From the NCBI GenBank assembly GCA_013416795.1, contig RQSC01001332.1, positions 18,884 to 82,883 of the forward strand: a stretch of 64,000 nucleotides of DNA, read 5' to 3'. Origin of the DNA: Prasinococcaceae sp. CCMP 1430 (lineage: Eukaryota; Plantae; Prasinodermophyta). The notes beneath the pieces are model-generated. The model saw nothing but the letters and a program-made list of their open reading frames with translations, was not told the DNA's origin and searched no databases. Made by a program: the position numbers and the translations under genes. Positions 10,817-21,681 of the stretch are shown piece by piece (positions within the stretch are counted from its first letter, which is position 1; the number at the start of each line of letters is the position of its first letter).

Positions 10817-11604
10817 TCACTGAGCGAGGAGGAAGGCGCCTGCGGCGGTGACCACGGCCATGAGCACCTCGGGCACTGGTGCGTGCGAGCCAAGCGCGGG
10901 AGTCGCACGCGCGCACGGCATCTCAGCGTCAGCGGCCGACGAGGCGTGGGATTGCAAGGCCAGCGGCACGCGGGCGCCCACGGGCGCGCACGTAACGCAC
11001 CATAGTGCATCGGATACTTGATGGGGAGCTTCTCGCCGATGAGGTTGAACTTCGCGTTGTACGGGTAGAGCACCGCGATGGCCGCGGAGCACGCCGCGCA
11101 GATGGGGAGCGCGGCCTCGGTGTTCAGCTTCGACACGCAGTAGATCAGACCTGGAAAGGATGCTCGCGCGCGTCAGTGCATGCGAGCGCAGCGCTCGCAA
11201 TAGTCGGAGACGCGCACGTGCTCCCACACGTGCGCACGCTCACGCGCGCCGCATGCTGCAACCCCATGTGCTCGCGCGCGTCGCACCGAGCAGGGACACC
11301 GACTGGCCGCGGACCCAGAACGTCAGGAGCGGGGTCGCCGGCGCCTCGAAGTGGTCCGTGATCATCTTGGCGGGGACGGCGAGCATCTGCACACCGTAGA
11401 TCCCGAAGATCCAGCTCCAGGCCTTGCAGTACAGCTGGAGCGGGGGCGCGGCGCGCACGGTCAGCTCCCGCGGCCCGCGCGGCGGCGGGCGCAACGCAAG
11501 CCAGGGTGCGCGCGGACGCCGGGGAGGGGGGCAGGGTGGGTGGGTGGGGAGGAGGAGGACGGGCTGGCGCCGCGCGCGCGCACCTCGGGCGTCAGGAACG
11601 ACAT
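10817..11604 (-). CDS. Small (about 125 aa) multi-pass membrane protein of unknown function
   Basis: Four exons (11604-11584, 11434-11287, 11150-11001, 10875-10817) with canonical GT-AG splice into one ORF: MSFLTPELYCKAWSWIFGIYGVQMLAVP...KYPMHYVPEVLMAVVTAAGAFLLAQ*. Confidence 0.75.
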
Positions 11605-12118
11605 GGCTCCTCGGCGATCGGGTTGGGGGCGGGGTTAGCGATCGTCGGTGTAGGCTGAGTGGCGCGCGCCCCCGCGCGTCCGCGGGTCTGCGCGCGCGCG
11701 CCACGCGGGCGCTCGGGGGAACCCAAGGTTCCAAATACGCACAGATACCCTCTAAAAATTCAAAGTAAGGAATCCATCCCCGATATTTTTAGTATATTTA
11801 TAATTTACATCAGCCGGGAGGTCAGCGTGGATTCCAAATCTTCGAGGGGTCAAAGCAGGGCGGGTTCCCGCTCCGTTCCCCCGCGCGCGCGCATTTCGAG
11901 CGCGCGCGCGCGCCTGCAGCGGGGCACGTGGCACGTGGGAGGCCCCCAGGGCGAGGCCAGCGGGCCGTGGCCCCGCAGGCGCGAGGGGGCCGGGGAGGTG
12001 GCCCGCGTCCCCCTCCTCCTCTCTGCCTCTCCCTCCCTCCCTCCCTCTCTCTCGCGCGCGCTCTCTCGCGCGCGGCTGTGGGCGCGGGCGCGCGCGCGGT
12101 CTCGGCGCGGGCGCCGCN

Positions 12119-12258
12119 ATAGAAGCCGTTGATGAAACCCTCTTTGCTGGCGATGGTCACCAGAGCGTTGCCCATGCTGCTGTACGTGTTGCCCGCCATC
12201 TGCATCCTCCTCCGCACCGTATCGAGGGGATAGCACACCGTAGTGGCCACCGTCCCCG
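12119..12258 (-). pseudogene. Isolated fragment of a mitochondrial-carrier (SLC25) family gene (third repeat, TAAC/EAAC-like)
   Basis: GTVATTVCYPLDTVRRRMQM...IASKEGFINGFY contains the PxDxxRxRxQ signature. It is bounded by a single N (12118) and a (GCC)n run, with no other carrier exons nearby. Confidence 0.6.
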
Positions 12259-12809
12259 CCGCCGCCGCCGCCGCCGCCGCCACGCGCGCGCCATGCGTGC
12301 GCCTCGAGATTCTCGCCGAGCGCGGCGCGCGGGCGCGGCCGCGCGCAGAGGGCGCGGCCGCAGCTCTCATCCGTGCGTCAGTCGGTCGGGGAACCGCGGC
12401 GCGCTCGGTCGGCCGGGGGAAACCCGCCGGCGGGGGGGGAGCAAAATTCGGAATCCCAATCGTATCGTCGGTGCATTGTGTTTGTCGCGACACCGCTGTG
12501 CACGTCGGAATTTAATAACAGAAATCTGCCAACGGCCGCACCGACCGACCGACGGTGCAACGGCAACGACGGGGACACGTCAGGGGGAACACGCCAGCCA
12601 ATTTCAGCGCCGCGTCCCGCGTTGGAGTATGGCTGGCGTCAACCTTTCCAGAAAATTGGGGGAGCAGTCATGTTTTTTGTGTGGGGGGGGGGCGGCAGCG
12701 GGGCTCGGACCGCTCGATGCGGGGCGCCGCGGCGCGCCAACGGGGGAACAGTCGCCGTGGATGGCGTGCGCGCATACGTTGCGTGTGTGCGTGTGCGTGC
12801 ATGTGCGCG

Positions 12810-13500
12810 TGATGGACGACGTGCAGGGCGCCGTTTGCGGGGTCAGCACCTCCGACGGGGTGATGCGCGCGGCGCTGCGCTCCGTGCGACGCTGCTGCGA
12901 GACGCTCGAGGCGCTGCGCGAGGCGCCCGTCGAGGCGCTGTGCGAGGCGCTGCGCTTCGAGTAAGCCAGGGCAAACTCGACCTCGACCTCGCGTCGGTCT
13001 TGTCCATGCTAAAAGGGGCGCTGTGCCGTCGACGTGGCGGCGCCACCGCGTCCAGCCTTCGCTCGGAGTTGGGGACCCCCAACTGGGCCCCGAGCGCCAG
13101 ACGGGCTCCACGCGCGAGCGGATCGCCGCGCTGAAGCACGAGGGGCGCAGGCCTCGCGCGCCGCAGGCGGATGCTGGCCGACGCGCCGCGGAAGCGCTCG
13201 AGCTGCAGCGGCGGCGATAGCACGAGCAGCTGGCCATTGCATCGCTCCGGCCCTCCGAGGGCGTGCATGGGTGCTTTACCAATCGGCGGGCCTCGACGGC
13301 CGGCCGCGAGGCGCCGCCGCGGAAAGGAGTGCTGTCTGTACTGCACATGCTCGCTCACGCGATCGAGCGCCAGCCGGCGTCCATCTCCGCGCTCGCGCTG
13401 CCCGCGGGACGCGAGGGCGCGAGCTCGCGAGAGCGTGGAGCGCTACTCCCCGCGTCGTGCCGCGAGTCGCATCGAGCCGTCGAGCTGCGTGTTAAAGGGT
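12810..13500 (+). CDS. Possible hypothetical protein (exon structure unresolved)
   Basis: MDDVQGAVCG...EALREAPVEALCEALRFE is followed by a GTAAG donor-like site; downstream coding-like segments could not be spliced unambiguously. Confidence 0.3.
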
Positions 13501-15232
13501 CGATGATCCATCCGCGCACGCCCTCGACGGCGCGCCTGACACCTGACACCCGCGCTCCGCTCGCCAACTTCCGTCCGAGTCCCTCCAGGGCGCGGGGCAC
13601 CGCGTGCGCGCCAGGAGCGCGCGCCTCGGCCGCCGAGTCGGCGCCCAGCGTGGGCTGCCGGGTATCGGGCCGCCCCGCACTGTTGCCATCCCACCCACCT
13701 CTCGAAACCGTCTCGATCGCCCTCTTCCTTTTTCCGTTTCAATGGCTTGCTTGAACGTGCTCTCTCGGAGAGTGCGGCGCGCGAATCAATGGCACTCACT
13801 GGTCGCACAGCCGCAAATCGACGCCCATCATTTCTGCGCCTCGAAACACGTCGCTAAAAAAACGAAGATGGGCGCGGTCGGTTCCGACCCTGGGCGCAAA
13901 CCCACCGGGGGGCGCCAGTTCGCGGCCACGATCAGCGCGCCCGCGCAGAAAATACAGTGAGACACATCCGCAGCGCAAAAAAAAGATAAAAAAGTTGGGC
14001 GGATCCCTCGCAGATCCGCGTTCCGTCCCGTCGGTGGTCCCACTTCGCCGCCAACGGTCCCACAGCGCCCCCCCGGCACCCCATCTTGGGGCCCGCGGCG
14101 CCTCCGCGCGCGTGTCCACGCGGCCACCCAACAGTCTCCGGCGCGCGCCGGCCGTCGGTTTCGCGCAACCCGCGCGGCGCGCGCGCCGGCGGCAATCTCT
14201 GCCGGGCCTCAGACGCGCCGCAGCGTGCGCGTGCTGTTACGTTTGGCGAGGCGGGCGCGCAGGCCCGCGCATGCACGCGCACATGGCACATGCGCGCACA
14301 CGCGCCGTGCGCCCGCACACAGAGGCACACACACACACGCACACACACGCATGCACACGCACACAGTCACACACACACAGTCACACACACACAACACAGC
14401 ACACACACGCACGCAGCAGTGGAGGCAGGTGCGCACGCGCGCGCGCGCCGCACACACAGCGCGCGCGCGCAGATCGCCCCTGCTCCTCTGTCACGCGGCG
14501 CTTCCGCTCCGGCGCGCCGCGCCTTTTTTTTTTTTTCCTGCCGGAGCCGATCGGAGGCGGAACCGGAACCGAACCGAACCCGAGCCGCCGCGGAGCTGTG
14601 GCCGGCCGGGGGGCGCCCGCCCGCGCCCGCGGCTCCGCGCTCCCCCGGATCGGATCCGTTCCCTGGTCTGGCGCGCCGCGCGCGCGCGCGCGCCCGCGTT
14701 CCGACCGACGCCCGCCCACCCCCACCCCAACCCCAACCCCAGAGCTTCCATCCCACGTACCGGTACCAGGTACCTAGGTACCATCGCTCTGTTACAAAAA
14801 AATAGTACTACTGTAGACTACTGTACAGTAACGACTCGTTCGTTTTGATAAGCAAATAGGGTCTGACCCCAATGTCGCGTACATTCGTCTGCGATACGTC
14901 ACTTCGAATCTGTTTGGGTTAGGGTTACGCCGCCGCGACCGGCCGCGGCCGCGGCCGAAAAGCCGAGTCGCCGACCGCGCAACCGACTCTGCGGCGACGC
15001 GATCGATCCGATCGCCCGCCGGTTAAAAAAAAAAAAAAAGACCGGCGACGCGCGGGTGCGCGCGCGCACGCGGCNNNNNNNNNNNNNNNNNGGGGGTGCT
15101 TCGTTCTTGGTGCGCGGCGCGAGGGGACGCTGACGCGCCGCGCGCCCACGCACGCCCCGCTCGCGGCCGGCGGTGGCAGTCGGCAGCGCGCCGCGCGGGG
15201 CCTCGCCGCCGCTCAGGCGAGGGAGGGGGTTG

Positions 15233-17608
15233 ATGGACGGGACGGCGGCGTTCGCCTCGACCGACCCCGCCCTCGCCGCAGTGCCCGCGCACCAGGCGTC
15301 GCCGAAGCTGATCTCGTTGCTCAACGGCGACCTGCCATCGCAGAGCGCGCCCGCGGCGCGCGAGGCCGGAGAGGCGGGCGCGAGGGCGGGGCCGAACAGC
15401 GTCGTGCTGCTCGACTCGAGACTGGAGCTGCCCATGCCCCTCTCCTCCCCGGGGGTCGACGCGCCGGCGAACGACGGCGGTGCGCTGCCGCAGGGCGCCG
15501 CGGCGCAGCTCGGACCCGAGGCGCAGTGCCAGCAGCCGATCAATCCGGCCACGCCCGGCACCTCGCTCGAGGGCACCCTCGAGCACCCCAGCCCGGACCG
15601 CAGCCCCTCCGTTCCGACGTCGGAGGAGCGCGCGCGGGAGGACGAGCGCCCTGCCTCCGCGGGCCCGGCGCCAGCTGCTGCACCCCATCCTAGGGAGGAC
15701 GACAAGCACCCTTCGTCCGCCGACGAGACCCACCAGGAGCTGGTCGGCGGGGGCACGGCGCCGGCTCCCGCCGCGACCCACGCCGCGCCCTCCGCGCCCG
15801 ACACGACGATCGTTGTTTCGAGCATCGAGGCGGTGCACAGCCTGGTCGGCGGCAGCGCCTGTCCAGACGGCGACGACGACGCTTTCGCCTTCGACGCCTC
15901 GTCCGGCGTGGAGCTGCATCTTGGTCGGCCTGAGGAGCCCGACGAGGTGAGGCGGCGCCACTTGGAATCCGAGTGCGCGCTGGCGCACGCACCCGCCCTT
16001 CCGGACGGATCCCTGGCCGCGGCGGTGTGCGGAACAACTCCGACCCTGGTCGACATGCAGGCCGGCACGGTCGCGCTGGAGGAGCACCGGGCGCGACAAC
16101 GGGGGCAGGAGGAGCGCGACGGCGGCGGCGGCGGCGGCGCGGCGGATGACCGGTCCGGACATGAGCACGCGCCGGGCGGCGGCGCGCCGCCTGCAGGTGC
16201 CGACGGTGGCGGCAAGCAGCCTCCCCAGCCCAACGACGACAAGGATGGCGGCGAGGGTGCCGACACGCAGCGCCATGAAGTGCGCTGCATCAACCCGGCC
16301 CATCGGTCGGCCGCTTCCCTGGAGGCCGGCGGGCGCACCTGGTTCTGCACGAAGTGCCGCCCCGCGCCAGCCCTGGAGGAAGAAAAGGCCTACGAGCTCG
16401 TGGGCGACCCCGGCCTCAAGAATGGGGAGAAGAAGCTGCGCGCGCGCATTCTGCGCACGCCAGAGTGGGAGAGCCACGACACGCGCACGGCGCTCGCAGA
16501 CGAGCTCGACGCCGCGTCGCCCGACCCGGGGAGCTCCGACGCCAGGCTGGCGCGTGCCCTGCGCAAGAAGGACGTGCCGTCGCTCCGCAAGGCGCACTTG
16601 CTCGCGCTCGCGCGCCGCTGGGGCATCGCGTCGGACATCTGGCTGAAGAAGGGCGAGGCCACGCGGCGCAGGTCCGTAGCCGCCAAGAAGAGGGTGCGTG
16701 GGCCCAAGGCCAAGGGCAGGGGCGCCAAGGGCACTGCCATGCCTGGCAACGCGAGCGGCGGCGCGGCGGCGGCGCTGCCCTTCGCGTCGATGGGCGCCAT
16801 CGGACAGGCCACGGCCCAGGGCGCCGGGCCTTCCGCGAGGGGCTTCGAGGACTACAGCCCCAGGGCCCAGGACGGCAGCGGCGCGCGCCCGCGTCGCAAC
16901 GCGGTGTCCGCGAAGAGGCGCAGGGGGCCCTACGGCGACGACTTCGAGTACGGGGCCGTCGCCATGGGTGCAAAGCCCCCACCTGGCGCCAAGCGCGCCC
17001 GTGTCACCAGCCGGGCGGGCAAGGCGAGGGCGGGAGGCGCGGGCCGCGGCGCGGTCGCAAACATCGGGAACATGATGGCTCCGCCGGCGGGTCCCTTCTA
17101 CGCCGCGCACTCTCCTGTCTTTTCGTGGGACGTGATGCTGATGTCAGGCAGCGCAGACCCCCCGGCGCCGTCCCTCAGAGCGGTCGGCGGCGGCGGTGGG
17201 ACCTTGGGTGCCACAGGCGGGAGCAACACCGCCGGCATCCCGGCGGAGGGAATGGTGGGGCTCGACATGCAGTTCTATCACAACGCGCCGGCAGGCATCC
17301 CCGGCCAGCTCTCGCCGGCCCTGTCCTTCCCCGTGGGGAACATGATGCCGCCGGCGCTGCCGATGGGGACGCTGCCCCCCAACCCCAGCTCCCACCAGTC
17401 GCATCTCGAGCAACCCACCGCCCCTCGCGGCGGCACGTACCCACCGCCTGCTCAGATCGACGACAACGTCGTCTTTGCTCCGACGCCGCACGCTGCGGCC
17501 ACCGGTGTGGACACTTCCAGCGCGCCGCTCTCGTCGGCGGCGTGGCTGAACACGGAGATATGGACTGACATCCTCCAGGGCGGGCTCCCTGCCGGCCGTG
17601 GCCTGTAG
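15233..17608 (+). CDS. Hypothetical low-complexity protein, probably nuclear (basic NLS-like tracts, small Cys/His cluster)
   Basis: Long intronless ORF with GC3-biased codons; core RCINPAHRSAA...WFCTKC and LRKKDVPSLRKAHLLALARRWGI; Pro-rich C-terminus. Confidence 0.7.
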   Translation: MDGTAAFASTDPALAAVPAHQASPKLISLLNGDLPSQSAPAAREAGEAGARAGPNSVVLLDSRLELPMPLSSPGVDAPANDGGALPQGAAAQLGPEAQCQQPINPATPGTSLEGTLEHPSPDRSPSVPTSEERAREDERPASAGPAPAAAPHPREDDKHPSSADETHQELVGGGTAPAPAATHAAPSAPDTTIVVSSIEAVHSLVGGSACPDGDDDAFAFDASSGVELHLGRPEEPDEVRRRHLESECALAHAPALPDGSLAAAVCGTTPTLVDMQAGTVALEEHRARQRGQEERDGGGGGGAADDRSGHEHAPGGGAPPAGADGGGKQPPQPNDDKDGGEGADTQRHEVRCINPAHRSAASLEAGGRTWFCTKCRPAPALEEEKAYELVGDPGLKNGEKKLRARILRTPEWESHDTRTALADELDAASPDPGSSDARLARALRKKDVPSLRKAHLLALARRWGIASDIWLKKGEATRRRSVAAKKRVRGPKAKGRGAKGTAMPGNASGGAAAALPFASMGAIGQATAQGAGPSARGFEDYSPRAQDGSGARPRRNAVSAKRRRGPYGDDFEYGAVAMGAKPPPGAKRARVTSRAGKARAGGAGRGAVANIGNMMAPPAGPFYAAHSPVFSWDVMLMSGSADPPAPSLRAVGGGGGTLGATGGSNTAGIPAEGMVGLDMQFYHNAPAGIPGQLSPALSFPVGNMMPPALPMGTLPPNPSSHQSHLEQPTAPRGGTYPPPAQIDDNVVFAPTPHAAATGVDTSSAPLSSAAWLNTEIWTDILQGGLPAGRGL

Positions 17609-18252
17609 ACTACTATTCATGATGGGCCGCGCCAACACGGCGCGGCGACCGCCGAGACGGCATGTGGCATATGCACACTGCTTTTGCTGACTGCGTGTTT
17701 GCTCTCGCCCGTATACTACTACTCAACAATTGGTCGCACCTTACAGATACTTCGAAGCAAGTCGGACGCAGCATAGTTTGCCTCCTCTCTCCGCGAGTAT
17801 GCCAGCGCTACGTGCGAAGGATGCCCGAGTGAACCCAGAGACTGGAGGAGGGAAGGGCGAGGGGAAACGCGCGCCGTCAAACCACTAAGCGTAACACCAA
17901 TGTTTAGCACTGTCAGACTGTGTGTCACCGACCACAGGAGGCCAATGCTGGGCGGCGGACAGTCAGAGACGAGCGAGGCCCAGTGCTGGCCGCTACCTTA
18001 CGCGTCGTTGGTCGTAGCGGCCAGGACATGGCCGGGCGCGCCTAGCGGAGCCGCCGCGCTCAGCACTTCTCGCCGCGCCCCCGGTTTCAACAGCCTCCCG
18101 TGCGCGCTTCGGTACTCGTTTGATGCGCGGGAAATATAGCAGGGTGGTTGGTGTTTGAGGGGATGCCACAGCGCGCGCGGCCTCGCCGCGGTGGCGGCCG
18201 GCCACCGCGTGCTCATCGAGCTCGTGGTGTGTCGGTCGCCGCGCGCGCCGCG

Positions 18253-19375
18253 ATGGGGTGGTTTTCGTCCTCTTCTCCTGCCACGCCCGCGGGCGCTGCC
18301 GCCGCCTCGGGCGAGGCTGAGCCCTCCAGCGCGGCAGGCGGAGCGCCCGGGGAGAGCCCCGACTCGCCGACCCCCGAGGCGGCCGCAGCGGCGGCCGCGG
18401 CGGCCTCAGCGGCGACCGCCGCAGCCGCGACCGCTGCGGTCGGGGCGATGGTCGGCAAGGCGGAGCCGGAGGGCGCAGCCAAGAAGGGCGGCGGCTGGAC
18501 CTCGTACGTTGAAAAGCAGCTCGGCCTCAAAAGCGCCGAGGAGCTCCGGAGTGAGAAGGCGGCCGCGCCAGAGAAGGAGCGCACCGAGGCCGAAGGGGAG
18601 GCGGCGCCGGACTTGACGCGCTTTCCGTTCCGCCCATTTGGCTGCTGCACCACGGCGTACGCAGTGCCGACGTTTGCGCCGCTGTCGTTGACCAACCCTG
18701 CCTGCCTCGTCGGCCAGCACGTTTCGCTGATGACCGGTGAAGACTATCACTGCGGCTCGTGCTTTCCGCTCGGTGCGGGCGCGCCCGCCAAAGTGCGCAC
18801 GCTCCCGCTGGAAGTCCTATGCGTGTTACTGACAGTGCCCAAATGTACATGCGCGCGCGCGCGCGCACACACACACACACACAGAGGATGGGCCGTGCGC
18901 GAGCTGCAACCGCTGTTGCGCCAATAGAGTGTGCCGGATGGGCACGAAAGGCTGGGCGGTCTGCGCTTGCTTCAGCTGGCTGGACTTTCTTCCGTGCTGC
19001 TCATGCCCGCCCGTCGGCTGGTTCTTCTGCGTGCCGCACTTTTCTATGTCCGCGGCTGCCGCTACATATCTCCTCCGCCAACGCATCATCTTCGCGCACG
19101 ACGTGAAGCTCGATCCGCCCGGCGCCAAAGGCAAGGTAGAGGGCATGGGAACCGACCGCATGGGAGCGGGCGCGCCACACTGCTGCTACTGCTGCCTGCT
19201 CACGCAGCAGGTGGCCTTTCTGGAGGCCGTCACTGGGAAGGACGCGAGGATGCGCGCGCGCGAGGCCAGCCTGAGGGAGCGGAAGGCGGCGGCCGACGCC
19301 AGCGCTGCTGCTGCCGCCGATGAGGAGGCCGCGCCGCAACAGGAGCAGATGGCGAAGACGTCCAAGGACGACTGA
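18253..19375 (+). CDS. Cys-rich PLAC8-like protein
   Basis: N-terminal MGWF (possible myristoylation), then GCC...ACLVGQHVSLMTGEDYHCGSCF / CACFSWLDFLPCCSC...YLLRQRII...HCCYCCLLTQQ. One intron at about 18773-18929. Confidence 0.65.
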
Positions 19376-19573
19376 GGAGCGGAGCATGCGTGGGCGCGGC
19401 GCGCTGCTCGTGCGCTCACATGCAACCTCTGCGCGCGCGCGCGCGCGCGCGCGCCGTGGCCGCCGCAACGCACGGCGCTCGCGCCAGGCGACGCGGACGA
19501 ACGTAGGAGCGAACATAGTAAGGGGGCCCCACACATTTTGCTAGCTAGCTAGAGGCCGGACGACGCGTGCCGT

Positions 19574-20772
19574 CTACTCTTCGGAGAGTCGCTTGTCGAT
19601 GGCCTCGCGCAGCCGCCCACGCAGAACTGCGACCTTGCCCGCCGTGGGCACGCCAAGAGCTTTGAGATACGCACGCAGCTCCGTTTTCTCCAGTGAGTCC
19701 ACATCCAACGCCTGCAGGTTCACCACCTCAGCACCTAGGCCAGGGCCCTTCTCCTGTGCGCCGGCCGCCTCCTGCGCTCCACCCTCCAGCTGCTCGCCTC
19801 CCGCCGCCGCCGCTGCCTCATCTGCCTCCCTGTTCTCCTCATTGATGTAGAACGACGTCCGCAGCTTGCCTTTTGAGTCCTCAAGGATCTTCTCGAGCTG
19901 CGCGTACGTCGGCCGCTCGGCGAACTCGTCCACGAACTTGGCGTCCCGGCCCGTCATCAAGTAGAGCGAGTAGACCTTGTCTGGATACGCCCTGAGCAGG
20001 CGAAAGACTGCGCCCTGGACCCCGTCGAGGCCGCTCTCACCAGGCAGGATGCTTCCGATGCGCACCTCCTCGAGCGCGAAGACCAGCTCAAAGCCGTCAA
20101 CGAACTTCTCGTTCGCTGCGCGCCAGGGACCAACGCCGAAGTCGCTCAACAGATTGCCACTGGTCACCCACTGGGGATTGAGGAGCGTCAGCGGCCGCTC
20201 GGTCTTCTCGGCATACCTCTTGAGCAGTGGGAGGTTGTCGGCGCCAGGGTCTATGTGAGGTTGTCAGAGCCTTGCAGAGCAACACGTGCGCGCGCGCTGG
20301 GTGGGGGGGTGGCGCGCGCCTCCTGAGGGGGCCAAGACCGCTGGCGTCACGCACATACGACCGTCACTCGGTCCCGACTCTCCGTGGGATACAGCACGGC
20401 CGCATTGTCGCCATCGAGGCCGCCGTCGCCGATGCGCTCCACGCTCAGATCCTCGTCGCCGTCGCTGACGCTTCGCGCGAGCGTCTTCCCAGCGTCGAGC
20501 GCGATCCTGAACTCTTCGGACGCGCTGCAGGGATAGTCCAGCGCTTCCGTATTGCAATACTGCCCGGGGCCTGCCCGCTGGTTGACGGGCATGAGCACCT
20601 GAACGCGCTGGCGAACGATGCCATCTGCGAGGGCCGCGCGCGATGCTGTCGCCGCCGCGGCGAGGGCCTCGGCGGCCGACTGCGGCAGCGCGGCCGCGGA
20701 TGCCGCGGCAACGGCCAAACGCTGCTGTGCCCCCCCCCCCTTTCCCCACCCCCGCCACCACTCTGGTGCCAT
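19574..20772 (-). CDS. DUF1995 (LPA3-like) plastid protein with a C-terminal SAP-like domain
   Basis: SRAALADGIVRQRVQVLMPVN, LLNPQW, LSDFGVGPW and the tail LEKTELRAYLKALGVPTAGKVAVLRGRL. Intron 20251-20354; start uncertain. Confidence 0.72.
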
Positions 20773-21495
20773 CGCTCGTGGCGCCGCACTCCCTCCCGGC
20801 GCGCACCGGCACGGCACCGCCGCAATCTGCGCGTCGCGTCCAGATAAGGTAAACCCTAAACCCGAAGACTGCCCCCAGACAGCCCGGGTCCAATACCCAA
20901 AACGTCGTCGCCCTCGCCAGGCGGATTTACGCCCGGCCAAAAATAGTTCCAGCGCGCGCCGCTTGGCCGGTGCGCGCGGGTTTACCCAGGATTTTCATAG
21001 GGAGATTCCCGGCCGCATGCGTTCCTTCCGTTTCGGCCGTTTCTACATACGGTTGGAGTCGGTGCCGCAGTCTAACCGCTGTGCTCCCCGTTTTGGCGCG
21101 CGGGGACAGGGCGCGCGCCGCCCTCGCGCCGACGCGCGCTGCGGCTGCCACACGGAACGCGGGGAGGAGGGGCGGCGGGGAGGGGAGGGAAGGAGGGGTG
21201 AGGGGGTCGGGGGTGGGGGGGTGGGGAGGTGGCGCCAGGCCGCCAGGATGGCGCCCCGCTGCACGCAGCCCCCTCCATCAAACAGCACGCGCGCGCGTTT
21301 TACACCCACGGGAGAGTTCATCGTACGTCAAAGCGAACCCGCGATTCTCCGAGTCGGATTCGATGCGTTTTCCTCTGGTGTTTTTTTTGTTTTGTTTTGT
21401 TTTTGGCGGGAGCGCTCGCGGATGGCGTTGTGGATAAGCTTGCAGGGGGTCGCGGGGTCGCCGATGGGGGGCGCCACACGCGGCGCGCGGGGAGT

Positions 21496-21529
<34 letters not shown>

Positions 21530-21681
21530 GGAGGCGTTGCAGCGGTGCGTAGGGGCGAGATGGTTTCGGCCGCGCTGGGGTCCGCCCGCGCGGCGGCGGC
21601 GCAGCGGCGCGGCGGCTCCTGGTCGTCGTACAGCGCGCGCGCGGTGGCGAGCAAGGTGAGGCGCTGCCCCGAGAGAGCGAA

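Noticed and set aside
10748-10823. ATGATGA...CTGA resembling a C/D box snoRNA
   Set aside because: It overlaps the stop region of the opposite-strand membrane-protein gene, has no terminal stem and no recognisable rRNA guide.
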